Assembly (NCBI GenBank): GCA_032718475.1
Contig: JAUCBJ010009088.1
Location: 1-64,000, forward strand
Length of the DNA: 64,000 nucleotides
Source: Nemertoderma westbladi
Lineage: Eukaryota; Animalia; Xenacoelomorpha
Direction of reading: 5' to 3'
Shown here: positions 12,601-26,300 of the stretch, in pieces
How the letters are laid out: each line of letters starts with the position of its first letter
Position numbering within the stretch: position 1 is the first letter of the stretch
The notes under the pieces: model-generated
The model's database searches: none
Told to the model about the DNA's origin: nothing
Seen by the model: the letters and a program-made list of their open reading frames with translations, nothing else
Program-made: the position numbers and the translations under genes

Positions 12601-15600
12601 TGCCTCCAGCAACCCCCTCCCTTCCCCTGTACCCGACTTACTTTGTATCCGTCGTCCCCTTTGATTCCTTTGTTCCCAGTTTCTCCCAGCGACCCACCCA
12701 GTGCCTCCAGCAACCCCCTCCCTTCCTCTGTACCCGACTTACTTTGTATCCGTCGTCCCCTTTGATTCCTTTGTTCCCAGTTTCTCCCAGCGACCCACCC
12801 AGTGCCTCCAGCAACCCCCTCCCTTCCTCTGTACCCGACTTACTTTGTATCCGTCGTCCCCTTTGATTCCTTTGTTCCCAGTTTCTCCCAGCGACCCACC
12901 CAGTGCCTCCAGCAACCCCCTCCCTTCCTCTGTACCCGACTTACTTTGTATCCGTCGTCCCCTTTGATTCCTTTGTTCCCAGTTTCTCCCAGCGACCCAC
13001 CCAGTGCCTCCAGCAACCCCCTCCCTTCCTCTGTACCCGACTTACTTTGTATCCGTCGTCCCCTTTGATTCCTTTGTTCCCAGTTTCTCCCAGCGACCCA
13101 CCCAGTGCCTCCAGCAACCCCCTCCCTTCCTCTGTACCCGACTTACTTTGTATCCGTCGTCCCCTTTGATTCCTTTGTTCCCAGTTTCTCCCAGCGACCC
13201 ACCCAGTGCCTCCAGCAACCCCCTCCCTTCCTCTGTACCCGACTTACTTTGTATCCGTCGTCCCCTTTGATTCCTTTGTTCCCAGTTTCTCCCAGCGACC
13301 CACCCAGTGCCTCCAGCAACCCCCTCCCTTCCTCTGTACCCGACTTACTTTGTATCCGTCGTCCCCTTTGATTCCTTTGTTCCCAGTTTCTCCCAGCGAC
13401 CCACCCAGTGCCTCCAGCAACCCCCTCCCTTCCTCTGTACCCGACTTACTTTGTATCCGTCGTCCCCTTTGATTCCTTTGTTCCCAGTTTCTCCCAGCGA
13501 CCCACCCAGTGCCTCCAGCAACCCCCTCCCTTCCTCTGTACCCGACTTACTTTGTATCCGTCGTCCCCTTTGATTCCTTTGTTCCCAGTTTCTCCCAGCG
13601 ACCCACCCAGTGCCTCCAGCAACCCCCTCCCTTCCTCTGTACCCGACTTACTTTGTATCCGTCGTCCCCTTTGATTCCTTTGTTCCCAGTTTCTCCCAGC
13701 GACCCACCCAGTGCCTCCAGCAACCCCCTCCCTTCCTCTGTACCCGACTTACTTTGTATCCGTCGTCCCCTTTGATTCCTTTGTTCCCAGTTTCTCCCAG
13801 CGACCCACCCAGTGCCTCCAGCAACCCCCTCCCTTCCTCTGTACCCGACTTACTTTGTATCCGTCGTCCCCTTTGATTCCTTTGTTCCCAGTTTCTCCCA
13901 GCGACCCACCCAGTGCCTCCAGCAACCCCCTCCCTTCCTCTGTACCCGACTTACTTTGTATCCGTCGTCCCCTTTGATTCCTTTGTTCCCAGTTTCTCCC
14001 AGCGACCCACCCAGTGCCTCCAGCAACCCCCTCCCTTCCTCTGTACCCGACTTACTTTGTATCCGTCGTCCCCTTTGATTCCTTTGTTCCCAGTTTCTCC
14101 CAGCGACCCACCCAGTGCCTCCAGCAACCCCCTCCCTTCCTCTGTACCCGACTTACTTTGTATCCGTCGTCCCCTTTGATTCCTTTGTTCCCAGTTTCTC
14201 CCAGCGACCCACCCAGTGCCTCCAGCAACCCCCTCCCTTCCTCTGTACCCGACTTACTTTGTATCCGTCGTCCCCTTTGATTCCTTTGTTCCCAGTTTCT
14301 CCCAGCGACCCACCCAGTGCCTCCAGCAACCCCCTCCCTTCCTCTGTACCCGACTTACTTTGTATCCGTCGTCCCCTTTGATTCCTTTGTTCCCAGTTTC
14401 TCCCAGCGACCCAGTGCCTCCAGCAACCCCCTCCCTTCCTCTGTACCCGACTTACTTTGTATCCGTCGTCCCCTTTGATTCCTTTGTTCCCAGTTTCTCC
14501 CAGCGACCCACCCAGTGCCTCCAGCAACCCCCTCCCTTCCTCTGTACCCGACTTACTTTGTATCCGTCGTCCCCTTTGATTCCTTTGTTCCCAGTTTCTC
14601 CCAGCGACCCACCCAGTGCCTCCAGCAACCCCCTCCCTTCCTCTGTACCCGACTTACTTTGTATCCGTCGTCCCCTTTGATTCCTTTGTTCCCAGTTTCT
14701 CCCAGCGACCCACCCAGTGCCTCCAGCAACCCCCTCCCTTCCTCTGTACCCGACTTACTTTGTATCCGTCGTCCCCTTTGATTCCTTTGTTCCCAGTTTC
14801 TCCCAGCGACCCACCCAGTGCCTCCAGCAACCCCCTCCCTTCCTCTGTACCCGACTTACTTTGTATCCGTCGTCCCCTTTGATTCCTTTGTTCCCAGTTT
14901 CTCCCAGCGACCCACCCAGTGCCTCCAGCAACCCCCTCCCTTCCTCTGTACCCGACTTACTTTGTATCCGTCGTCCCCTTTGATTCCTTTGTTCCCAGTT
15001 TCTCCCAGCGACCCACCCAGTGCCTCCAGCAACCCCCTCCCTTCCTCTGTACCCGACTTACTTTGTATCCGTCGTCCCCTTTGATTCCTTTGTTCCCAGT
15101 TTCTCCCAGCGACCCACCCAGTGCCTCCAGCAACCCCCTCCCTTCCTCTGTACCCGACTTACTTTGTATCCGTCGTCCCCTTTGATTCCTTTGTTCCCAG
15201 TTTCTCCCAGCGACCCACCCAGTGCCTCCAGCAACCCCCTCCCTTCCTCTGTACCCGACTTACTTTGTATCCGTCGTCCCCTTTGATTCCTTTGTTCCCA
15301 GTTTCTCCCAGCGACCCACCCAGTGCCTCCAGCAACCCCCTCCCTTCCTCTGTACCCGACTTACTTTGTATCCGTCGTCCCCTTTGATTCCTTTGTTCCC
15401 AGTTTCTCCCAGCGACCCACCCAGTGCCTCCAGCAACCCCCTCCCTTCCTCTGTACCCGACTTACTTTGTATCCGTCGTCCCCTTTGATTCCTTTGTTCC
15501 CAGTTTCTCCCAGCGACCCACCCAGTGCCTCCAGCAACCCCCTCCCTTCCTCTGTACCCGACTTACTTTGTATCCGTCGTCCCCTTTGATTCCTTTGTTC

Positions 15601-16374
15601 CCAGTTTCTCCCAGCGACCCACCCAGTGCCTCCAGCAACCCCCTCCCTTCCTCTGTACCCGACTTACTTTGTATCCGTCGTCCCCTTTGATTCCTTTGTT
15701 CCCAGTTTCTCCCAGCGACCCACCCAGTGCCTCCAGCAACCCCCTCCCTTCCTCTGTACCCGACTTACTTTGTATCCGTCGTCCCCTTTGATTCCTTTGT
15801 TCCCAGTTTCTCCCAGCGACCCACCCAGTGCCTCCAGCAACCCCCTCCCTTCCTCTGTACCCGACTTACTTTGTATCCGTCGTCCCCTTTGATTCCTTTG
15901 TTCCCAGTTTCTCCCAGCGACCCACCCAGTGCCTCCAGCAACCCCCTCCCTTCCTCTGTACCCGACTTACTTTGTATCCGTCGTCCCCTTTGATTCCTTT
16001 GTTCCCAGTTTCTCCCAGCGACCCACCCAGTGCCTCCAGCAACCCCCTCCCTTCCTCTGTACCCGACTTACTTTGTATCCGTCGTCCCCTTTGATTCCTT
16101 TGTTCCCAGTTTCTCCCAGCGACCCACCCAGTGCCTCCAGCAACCCCCTCCCTTCCTCTGTACCCGACTTACTTTGTATCCGTCGTCCCCTTTGATTCCT
16201 TTGTTCCCAGTTTCTCCCAGCGACCCACCCAGTGCCTCCAGCAACCCCCTCCCTTCCTCTGTACCCGACTTACTTTGTATCCGTCGTCCCCTTTGATTCC
16301 TTTGTTCCCAGTTTCTCCCAGCGACCCACCCAGTGCCTCCAGCAACCCCCTCCCTTCCTCTGTACCCGACTTAC
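9678..16374. repeat. 101-bp tandem array (~66 copies, spans an N gap) made of the 3' end of collagen exon 16375-16607 plus its GTAAGT donor
   Basis: Unit aligns to the last ~91 nt of the exon plus 6 intron nt, with a 4-nt insertion; ORF track shows exact 101-bp periodicity. Confidence 0.97.
10711..10810. other. Assembly gap (100 N)
   Basis: Run of N inside the 101-bp array; true copy number unknown. Confidence 1.
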
Positions 16375-16607
16375 TTTGTATCCGTCGTCCCCTTTGATTC
16401 CTTTGTTCCCAGTTTCTCCCAGCGACCCAGTGCCTCCAGCAAGCCCCTCCCTTCCTCTGTACCCGATCGCGCCCCTATCGCCTTTTATTCCGGCATTTCC
16501 GGGGTTCCCGCTATCTCCCACAGACCCCGGCCTTCCGTTTCTCCCATCGTCTCCGATCTTCCCTCTCAATCCATCCAGAGCTGGGATACCAGGCTTCCCT
16601 CGTTCCC
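16375..16607 (-). CDS. Collagen exon (233 nt, phase 1-0): GERGKPGIPALDGLRGKIGDDGRNGRPG...GETGNKGIKGDDGYK
   Basis: cctcag| acceptor, |gtaagt donor, Gly-X-Y visible in ORF 16270..16617. Confidence 0.93.
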
Positions 16608-16770
16608 CTGAGGACAAATACGATAATTAAATAATTCGCATAATTTTAAAATTTTAAATGATAAAATAATCGCTCATTGTTATTCACAACGTTTTGTAGT
16701 TAAAGTGATTTTACACATTGAAGTATCTGAAATGTAGTGGGAGCCCTATGGTCACTGGACGTGTCGTAAA

Positions 16771-17044
16771 AATCTTGAATGGAGAGGTGTAAAGATCCTT
16801 TTTATTAGTGAGCCAATGAGAATCAATTAATAGTTAATTAATAAATCAAGCAATATTTCGGCCGCAGGCCTTTTTTCTAGCTCTCCGGTATTACTAAAAT
16901 TACAGTTTACAACATAAAACCAATCATTACAACACACAACAGTTGGACCTGTGGCCGAAATATTGCTGTAATTATTCACTAACTATTAATTCATTCTCAG
17001 TGGGTCACTAATAAAAAGATCTTTACTCCTCGCTACTCCAGATT
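16771..17044. mobile_element. MITE-like element with ~100-bp imperfect terminal inverted repeats
   Basis: 16771-16870 is the approximate reverse complement of 16945-17044 (taaagatc-tttttattagtga...gcaatatttcggcc). Confidence 0.7.
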
Positions 17045-17313
17045 AATATTGAAGTAATGCACAACATCAAGGTGTTCTAGAACTAAAAGGCAACCCAGCT
17101 ATTAGTTCTAATATTTAGTAGGTCTATATTATTATTTTATAGTTTATTAGTTATAGAACGCCTTACGCAACTTATAAACATGGTAAGTAATTAGCCAACA
17201 AGATTCCTTGAGCCAAATTCCAGAGTAAATGTAAATTATTAGCAAAAAATTTAATGCAATATACGATGTTGTACCAACATTGATAATATAATTTATTGTA
17301 GATATAATCTCAC

Positions 17314-17484
17314 CTGATCCTCCTTGTTTACCGGTCGGTCCACGCCAACCCGGAAGGCCCGACAGACCATCCCGGCCAGGGTAACCATCCTTACCGGGTT
17401 GCCCTGATTCCCCGGGATGGCCCGGAGGGCCGTTAGACCCCGGCCAACCGTCGTCGCCAATGTTTCCCTGCTGACCCTCAGCTC
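17314..17484 (-). CDS. Collagen exon (171 nt, phase 1-1): GAEGQQGNIGDDGWPGSNGPPGHPG...GPTGKQGGSG
   Basis: tttcag| acceptor, |gtgaga donor, 19 perfect triplets. Confidence 0.93.
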
Positions 17485-17787
17485 CTGAAACATAAAACAA
17501 TTTAGATTATAAAATGAATTATTTCATTCGAATTTAACCCTAATTTGACGACTATATTTTAATCTGAAAAATCGACTTTATCTCACTGGAATTTGTTTTA
17601 AAAAAACGACGAAAATAAATAATTTCCCTGAATATTTTTATCCCATTGAAGAACCTCTCGGTTGACAGAAACTCAAATACTCCCGGGTTCGTCTACTCCT
17701 ATTGCTGCTACGGGAAATAAAACGGTTAGTAAAATATTGAGAGGGTATAAATAAATATATAGTGATTGATCGTTGGAGGTTTAGTTG

Positions 17788-18283
17788 CACCAACCTCTAT
17801 CTCCCCGACCCCCTTTGTACCCAACCAACCTCTATCTCCCCGACCCCCTTTGTACCCAACCAACCTCTATCCCCCGACCCCCTTTGTACCCAACCAACCT
17901 CTATCTCCCCGACCCCCTTTGTACCCAACCAACCTCTATCTCCCCGACCCCCTTTGTACCCAACCAACCTCTATCTCCCCGACCCCCTTTGTACCCAACC
18001 AACCTCTATCCCCCCGACCCCCTTTGTACCCAACCAACCTCTATCTCCCCGACCCCCTTTGTACCCAACCAACCTCTATCTCCCCGACCCCCTTTGTACC
18101 CAACCAACCTCTATCTCCCCGACCCCCTTTGTACCCAACCAACCTCTATCTCCCCGACCCCCTTTGTACCCAACCAACCTCTATCCCCCCGACCCCCTTT
18201 GTACCCAACCAACCTCTATCTCCCCGACCCCCTTTGTACCCAACCAACCTCTATCTCCCCGACCCCCTTTGTACCCAACCAAC
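17788..18283. repeat. 35-bp tandem array (~14 copies) made of the last 29 nt of exon 18284-18469 plus its GTTGGT donor
   Basis: Minus unit TGGGTACAAAGGGGGTCGGGGAGATAGAG|GTTGGT is identical to the exon end. Confidence 0.95.
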
Positions 18284-18469
18284 CTCTATCTCCCCGACCC
18301 CCTTTGTACCCAAGCGGACCCCGTAGACCCTGCTGTCCAGGGTGCCCACTAGGTCCACGCGCCCCATCCTGTCCTTTCTCCCCGACTTCCCCAACAGTTC
18401 CATTGTCTCCGTATCTTCCTGTCTGACCGGGGGGTCCATAAACAGTCTCGCCTGGCTGCCCCACTCCGC
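18284..18469 (-). CDS. Collagen exon (186 nt, phase 1-1): GGVGQPGETVYGPPGQTGRYGDNG...GPLGYKGGRGDRG
   Basis: tttcag| acceptor; |gttggt donor inferred from phase. Confidence 0.9.
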
Positions 18470-18624
18470 CTGAAAGATAAAATTACAATATAACAAAAAC
18501 AAAACAAACTTTACTTGTGTAATATTTGACAGTTTATAAAATTCTATATAAGACTGACCATAAACAATAAACATGGTTTATAAATGTCTGTTTATTAAAC
18601 AGACTCCTATTTATTGATGCCAAC

Positions 18625-18741
18625 CTGCTCTTCCAGAATGACCCTGTGCTCCTTGGTCCCCCTTATAGCCTTCGTCACCAGGCAAACCTTTATATCCTTT
18701 GAATCCCGTATTTCCCATTTTCCCTGTGGGGCCAGTTGGTC
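18625..18741 (-). CDS. Collagen exon (117 nt, phase 1-1): GPTGPTGKMGNTGFKGYKGLPGDEGYKGDQGAQGHSGRAG
   Basis: ttacag| acceptor, |gttggc donor, 13 perfect triplets. Confidence 0.92.
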
Positions 18742-18781
18742 CTGTAAATAAATAAATAATACACTGCACTAATATACTGAC

Positions 18782-20078
18782 CTAACCTTGTACTCCAGTA
18801 CCAGCGATATCGCCCTGCACTAACCTTGTACTCCAGTACCACCACCATCTCCGTGCACTAACCTTGTACTCCAGTACCACCGATATCGCCCTGCACTAAC
18901 CTTGTACTCCAGTACCACCGATATCGCCCTGCACTAACCTTGTACTTCAGTACCACCGATATCGCCCTGCACTAACCTTGTACTCCAGTGCCACCAATGT
19001 CGCCCTGCACTAACCTTGTACTCCAGTACCACCACTGTCTCCGTGCACTAACCTTGTACTTCAGTACCACCAATGTCGCCCTGCACTAACCTTGTACTCC
19101 AGTACCACCGATATCGCCCTGCACTAACCTTGTACTCCAGTACCACCAATGTCGCCCTGCACTAACCTTGTACTCCAGTACCGCCGATATCGCCCTGCAC
19201 TAGCCTTGTACTCCAGTACCACCGATATCGCTCTGCACTAACCTTGTACTCCAGTACCACCGATATCGCCCTGCACTAACCTTGTACTCCAGTACCACCG
19301 ATATCGCCCTGCACTAACCTTGTACTCCAGTACCACCAATGTCGCCCTGCACTAACCTTGTACTCCAGTACCACCACTGTCTCCGTGCACTAACCTTGTA
19401 CTTCAGTACCACCAATGTCGCCCTGCACTAACCTTGTACTCCAGTACCACCACTGTCTCCGTGCACTAACCTTGTACTTCAGTACCACCAATGTCGCCCT
19501 GCACTAACCTTGTACTCCAGTACCACCGATATCGCCCTGCACTAACCTTGTACTCCAGTACCACCGATATCTCCCTGCACTAACCTTGTACTCCAGTACC
19601 GCCGATATCGCCCTGCACTAACCTTGTACTCCAGTACCACCGATATCGCCCTGCACTAACCTTGTACTCCAGTACCACCGATATCGCCCTGCACTAACCT
19701 TGTACTCCAGTACCACCAATGTCGCCCTGCACTAACCTTGTACTCCAGTACCGCCGATATCGCCCTGCACTAGCCTTGTACTCCAGTACCACCGATATCG
19801 CTCTGCACTAACCTTGTACTCCAGTACCACCGATATCGCCCTGCACTAACCTTGTACTCCAGTACCACCGATATCGCCCTGCACTAACCTTGTACTCCAG
19901 TACCACCGATATCGCCCTGCACTAACCTTGTACTCCAGTACCACCGATATCGCCCTGCACTAACCTTGTACTCCAGTACCACCAATGTCGCCCTGCACTA
20001 ACCTTGTACTCCAGTACCACCGATATCGCCCTGCACTAGCCTTGTACTCCAGTACCGCCGATATCGCCCTGCACTAAC
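18782..20078. repeat. 38-bp tandem array (~34 copies) made of the last 32 nt of exon 20079-20312 plus its GTTAGT donor
   Basis: Minus unit GCAGGGCGATATCGGTGGTACTGGAGTACAAG|GTTAGT versus exon end GCAGGGCGACATCGGTGGTTCTGGAGTACAAG|gttagt. Confidence 0.95.
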
Positions 20079-20312
20079 CTTGTACTCCAGAACCACCGAT
20101 GTCGCCCTGCTCTCCAGTAGATGGACGACTATCCCCTGGCTCTCCTTTATCCCCAGGGTGTCCTTGTATTCCTTCGTCTCCTGGCAATCCCTCCATTCCT
20201 GGAGGCCCTTGTTGCCCTGGTAACCCTACGTTGCCTTTCGGGCCTCTTTCATTAGAAAGAGGTCCTGTAGCACCTTTAGTACCCTTATTACCGTCAGGTC
20301 CTTGTCTCCAAC
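20079..20312 (-). CDS. Collagen exon (234 nt, phase 1-1): GWRQGPDGNKGTKGATGPLSNERGPKG...GEQGDIGGSGVQG
   Basis: tttatttag| acceptor, |gttagt donor; an alternative in-frame AAG acceptor lies 12 nt downstream. Confidence 0.9.
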
Positions 20313-23300
20313 CTAAATAAATTAGTTAAATATATTAAACCTTGTCTCCAACCTAAATAAATTAGATAAATATATTAAACCTTGTCTCCAACCTAAATAA
20401 ATTGAATTAAATATATTAAACCTTGTCTCCAACCTAAATAAATTGAATTAAATATATTAAACCCTGTCTCCGACCTAAATAAATTAATTAAATATATTAA
20501 ACCTTGTCTCCAACCTAAATAAATTGAATTAAATATATTAAACCTTGTCTCCAACCTGAATAAATTAATTAAATTAATTAAACCTTGTCTCCGACCTAAA
20601 TAAATTGAATTAAATATATTAAACCTTGTCTCCAACCTGAATAAATTAATTAAATATATTAAACCTTGTCTCCGACCTAAATAAATTAATGAAATATATT
20701 AAACCTTGTCTCCGACCTAAATAAATAAATTAAATATATTAAACCTTGCCTCCAACCTAAGTAAATTAAATAAAATATATTAAACCTTGTCTCCAACCTA
20801 AATAAATTAGTTAAATAAATTAAATTAAATATATTAAACCTTGTCTCCGACCTAAATAAATTAATTAAATATATTAAACCTTGTCTCCAACCTAAATAAA
20901 TTGAATTAAATATATTAAACCTTGTCTCCAACCTGAATAAATTAATTAAATAAATTAAACCTTGCCTCCAACCTAAGTAAATTAAATAAAATATATTAAA
21001 CCTTGTCTCCAACCTAAATAAATTGAATTAAATAAATTAAATTAAATATATTAAACCTTGTCTCCGACCTAAATAAATTAATTAAATATATTAAACCTTG
21101 TCTCCAACCTAAATAAATTGAATTAAATATATTAAACCCTGTCTCCGACCTGAATAAATTAATTAAATAAATTAAACCTTGCCTCCAACCTAAGTAAATT
21201 AATAAAATATATTAAACCTTGTCTCCAACCTAAATAAATTGAATTAAATAAATTAAATTAAATATATTAAACCTTGTCTCCAACCTGAATAAATTAATTA
21301 AATAAATTAAACCTTGCCTCCAACCTAAGTAAATTAAATAAAATATATTAAACCTTGTCTCCAACCTAAATAAATTAGTTAAATAAATTAAATTAAATAT
21401 ATTAAACCTTGTCTCCGACCTAAATAAATTAGTTAAATATATTAAACCTTGTCTCCAACCTAAATAAATTGAATTAAATATATTAAACCTTGTCTCCAAC
21501 CTGAATAAATTAATTAAATATATTAAACCTTGTCTCCGACCTAAATAAATTGAATTAAATATATTAAACCTTGTCTCCGACCTAAATAAATTAATGAAAT
21601 ATATTAAACCTTGTCTCCGACCTAAGTAAATTAAATAAAATATATTAAACCTTGTCTCTAACCTAAATAAATTGAATTAAATATATTAAACCTTGTCTCC
21701 AACCTGAATAAATTAATTAAATATATTAAACCTTGTCTCCGACCTAAATAAATTAATGAAATATATTAAACCTTGTCTCCGACCTAAGTAAATTAAATAA
21801 AATATATTAAACCTTGTCTCTAACCTAAATAAATTGAATTAAATATATTAAACCTTGTCTCCAACCTGAATAAATTAATTAAATATATTAAACCTTGTCT
21901 CCGACCTAAATAAATTAATGAAATATATTAAACCTTGTCTCCGACCTAAGTAAATTAAATAAAATATATTAAACCTTGTCTCTAACCTAAATAAATTGAA
22001 TTAAATATATTAAACCTTGTCTCCAACCTGAATAAATTAATTAAATATATTAAACCTTGTCTCCGACCTAAATAAATTAATGAAATATATTAAACCTTGT
22101 CTCCGACCTAAGTAAATTAAATAAAATATATTAAACCTTGTCTCTAACCTAAATAAATTGAATTAAATATATTAAACCTTGTCTCCAACCTGAATAAATT
22201 AATTAAATATATTAAACCTTGTCTCCGACCTAAATAAATTAATGAAATATATTAAACCTTGTCTCCGACCTAAGTAAATTAAATAAAATATATTAAACCT
22301 TGTCTCTAACCTAAATACATTGAATTAAATATATTAAACCTTGTCTAAAAACCTAAATAAATTGAACTAAATATATTAAACCTTGTCTCCGACCTAAATA
22401 AATTAGTTAAATATATTAAACCTTGTCTCCAACCTAAATAAATTGAATTAAATATATTAAACCTTGTCTCCAACCTAAATAAATTGAATTAAATATATTA
22501 AACCTTGTCTCCAAACTAAATAAATTGAATTAAATATATTAAACCCTGTCTCCGACCTAAATAAATTAGTTAAATATATTAAACCTTGTCTCCAACCTGG
22601 ATAAATTAATTAAATATATTAAACCTTGTCTTCGACCTAAATAAATTAATGAAATATATTAAACCTTGTCTCCGACCTAAATAAATAAATTAAATATATT
22701 AAACCTTGCCTCCAACCTAAGTAAATTAAATAAAATATATTAAACCTTGTCTCCGAGCTAAATAAATTAGTTAAATATATTAAACCTTGTCTGTAACCTA
22801 AATAAATTAAATTAAATATATTAAACCTTGCCTCCAACCTAAGTAAATTAAATAAAATATATTAAACCTTGTCTCTAACCTAAATACATTGAATTAAATA
22901 TAGTAAACCTTGTCTAAAAACCTAAATAAATTGAACTAAATATATTAAACCTTGTCTCCGACCTAAATAAATTAGTTAAATATATTAAACCTTGTCTCCA
23001 ACCTAAATAAATTGAATTAAATATATTAAACCTTGTCTCCAACCTAAATAAATTGAATTAAATATATTAAACCTTGTCTCCAAACTAAATAAATTGAATT
23101 AAATATATTAAACCCTGTCTCCGACCTAAATAAATTAGTTAAATATATTAAACCTTGTCTCCAACCTGGATAAATTAATTAAATATATTAAACCTTGTCT
23201 TCGACCTAAATAAATTAATGAAATATATTAAACCTTGTCTCCGACCTAAATAAATAAATTAAATATATTAAACCTTGCCTCCAACCTAAGTAAATTAAAT

Positions 23301-26300
23301 AAAATATATTAAACCTTGTCTCCGAGCTAAATAAATTAGTTAAATATATTAAACCTTGTCTGTAACCTAAATAAATTAAATTAAATATATTAAACCTTGT
23401 CTCCGACCTAAATAAATTAGTTAAATATATTAAACCTTGTCTCCAACCTAAATAAATTAGTTAAATATATTAAACCTTGTCTGTAACCTAAATAAATTAA
23501 ATTAAATATATTAAACCTTGTCTCCGACCTAAATAAATTAGTTAAATATATTAAACCTTGTCTCCAACCTAAATAAATTAAATTAAATATATTAAACCTT
23601 GTCTCCGACCTAAATAAATAAATTAAATATATTAAACCTTGCCTCCAACCTAAGTAAATTAAATAAAATATATTAAACCTTGTCTCCGAGCTAAATAAAT
23701 TAGTTAAATATATTAAACCTTGTCTGTAACCTAAATAAATTAAATTAAATATATTAAACCTTGTCTCCGACCTAAATAAATTAGTTAAATATATTAAACC
23801 TTGCCTCCAACCTAAGTAAATTAAATAAAATATATTAAACCTTGTCTCTAACCTAAATACATTGAATTAAATATATTAAACCTTGTCTAAAAACCTAAAT
23901 AAATTGAACTAAATATATTAAACCTTGTCTCCGACCTAAATAAATTAGTTAAATATATTAAACCTTGTCTCCAACCTAAATAAATTGAATTAAATATATT
24001 AAACCTTGTCTCCAACCTAAATAAATTGAATTAAATATATTAAACCTTGTCTCCAAACTAAGTAAATTGAATTAAATATATTAAACCCTGTCTCCGACCT
24101 AAATAAATTAGTTAAATATATTAAACCTTGTCTCCAACCTAAATAAATTAGATAAATATATTAAACCCTGTCTCCAACCTAAATAAATTGAATTAAATAT
24201 ATTAAACCTTGTCTCCAACCTAAATAAATTGAATTAAATATATTAAACCTTGTCTCTAACCTAAATACATTGAATTAAATATATTAAACCTTGTCTAAAA
24301 ACCTAAATAAATTGAACTAAATATATTAAACCTTGTCTCCGACCTAAATAAATTAGTTAAATATATTAAACCTTGTCTCCAACCTAAATAAATTGAATTA
24401 AATATATTAAACCTTGTCTCCAACCTAAATAAATTGAATTAAATATATTAAACCCTGTCTCCGACCTAAATAAATTAGTTAAATATATTAAACCTTGTCT
24501 CCAACCTAAATAAATTGAATTAAATATATTAAACCTTGTCTCCAAACTAAGTAAATTGAATTAAATATATTAAACCCTGTCTCCGACCTAAATAAATTAG
24601 TTAAATATATTAAACCTTGTCTCCAACCTGGATAAATTAATTAAATATATTAAACCTTGTCTTCGACCTAAATAAATTAATGAAATATATTAAACCTTGT
24701 CTCCAACCTAAATAAATTGAATTAAATATATTAAACCTTGTCTCCAAACTAAGTAAATTGAATTAAATATATTAAACCCTGTCTCCGACCTAAATAAATT
24801 AGTTAAATATATTAAACCTTGTCTCCAACCTGGATAAATTAATTAAATATATTAAACCTTGTCTTCGACCTAAATAAATTAATGAAATATATTAAACCTT
24901 GTCTCCAACCTAAATAAATTGAATTAAATATATTAAACCTTGTCTCCAAACTAAGTAAATTGAATTAAATATATTAAACCCTGTCTCCGACCTAAATAAA
25001 TTAGTTAAATATATTAAACCTTGTCTCCAACCTGGATAAATTAATTAAATATATTAAACCTTGTCTCCGACCTAAATAAATTAGTTAAATATATTAAACC
25101 TTGTCTCCAACCTAAATAAATTGAATTAAATATATTAAACCTTGTCTCCAAACTAAGTAAATTGAATTAAATATATTAAACCCTGTCTCCGACCTAAATA
25201 AATTAGTTAAATATATTAAACCTTGTCTCCAACCTGGATAAATTAATTAAATATATTAAACCTTGTCTTCGACCTAAATAAATTAATGAAATATATTAAA
25301 CCTTGTCTCCAACCTAAATAAATTGAATTAAATATATTAAACCTTGTCTCCAAACTAAGTAAATTGAATTAAATATATTAAACCCTGTCTCCGACCTAAA
25401 TAAATTAGTTAAATATATTAAACCCTGTCTCCAACCTAAATAAATTGAATTAAATATATTAAACCCTGTCTCCGACCTAAATAAATTAGTTAAATATATT
25501 AAACCTTGTCTCCGACCTAAATAAATTAGTTAAATATATTAAACCTTGTCTCCGACCTAAATAAATTAGTTAAATATATTAAACCCTGTCTCCAACCTAA
25601 ATAAATTGAATTAAATATATTAAACCCTGTCTCCGACCTAAATAAATTAGTTAAATATATTAAACCTTGTCTCCAACCTGAATAAATTGAATTAAATATA
25701 TTAAACCTTGTCTCCAACCTAAATAAATTAGATAAATATATTAAACCCTGTCTCCGACCTAAATAAATTAGTTAAATATATTAAACCTTGTCTCCGACCT
25801 AAATAAATTAGTTAAATATATTAAACCTTGTCTCCGACCTAAATAAATTAGTTAAATATATTAAACCTTGTCTCCGACCTAAGTAAATTAAATAAAATAT
25901 ATTAAACCTTGTCTCTAACCTAAATAAATTGAATTAAATATATTAAACCCTGTCTCCGACCTAAATAAATTAATGAAATATATTAAACCTTGTCTCCGAC
26001 CTAAGTAAATTAAATAAAATATATTAAACCTTGTCTCTAACCTAAATAAATTGAATTAAATATATTAAACCTTGTCTCCAACCTGAATAAATTAATTAAA
26101 TATATTAAACCTTGTCTCCGACCTAAATAAATTAATGAAATATATTAAACCTTGTCTCCGACCTAAGTAAATTAAATAAAATATATTAAACCTTGTCTCT
26201 AACCTAAATAAATTGAATTAAATATATTAAACCTTGTCTCCAACCTGAATAAATTAATTAAATATATTAAACCTTGTCTCCGACCTAAATAAATTAATGA

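Noticed and set aside
9678-16374. Array of complete alternative cassette exons (Dscam-like)
   Set aside because: Units lack a polypyrimidine acceptor and intron spacer, and carry a frameshifting 4-nt insertion.
9661-16630. Ladder of ~60 near-identical 88-aa plus-strand ORFs as a gene family
   Set aside because: They are antisense translations of the 101-bp repeat, cycling through frames because 101 is not a multiple of 3.
17762-18426. Pro-rich plus-strand ORFs (also 3623-3874, 4153-4341, 20099-20320)
   Set aside because: Antisense shadows of Gly codons in the collagen exons and repeats.
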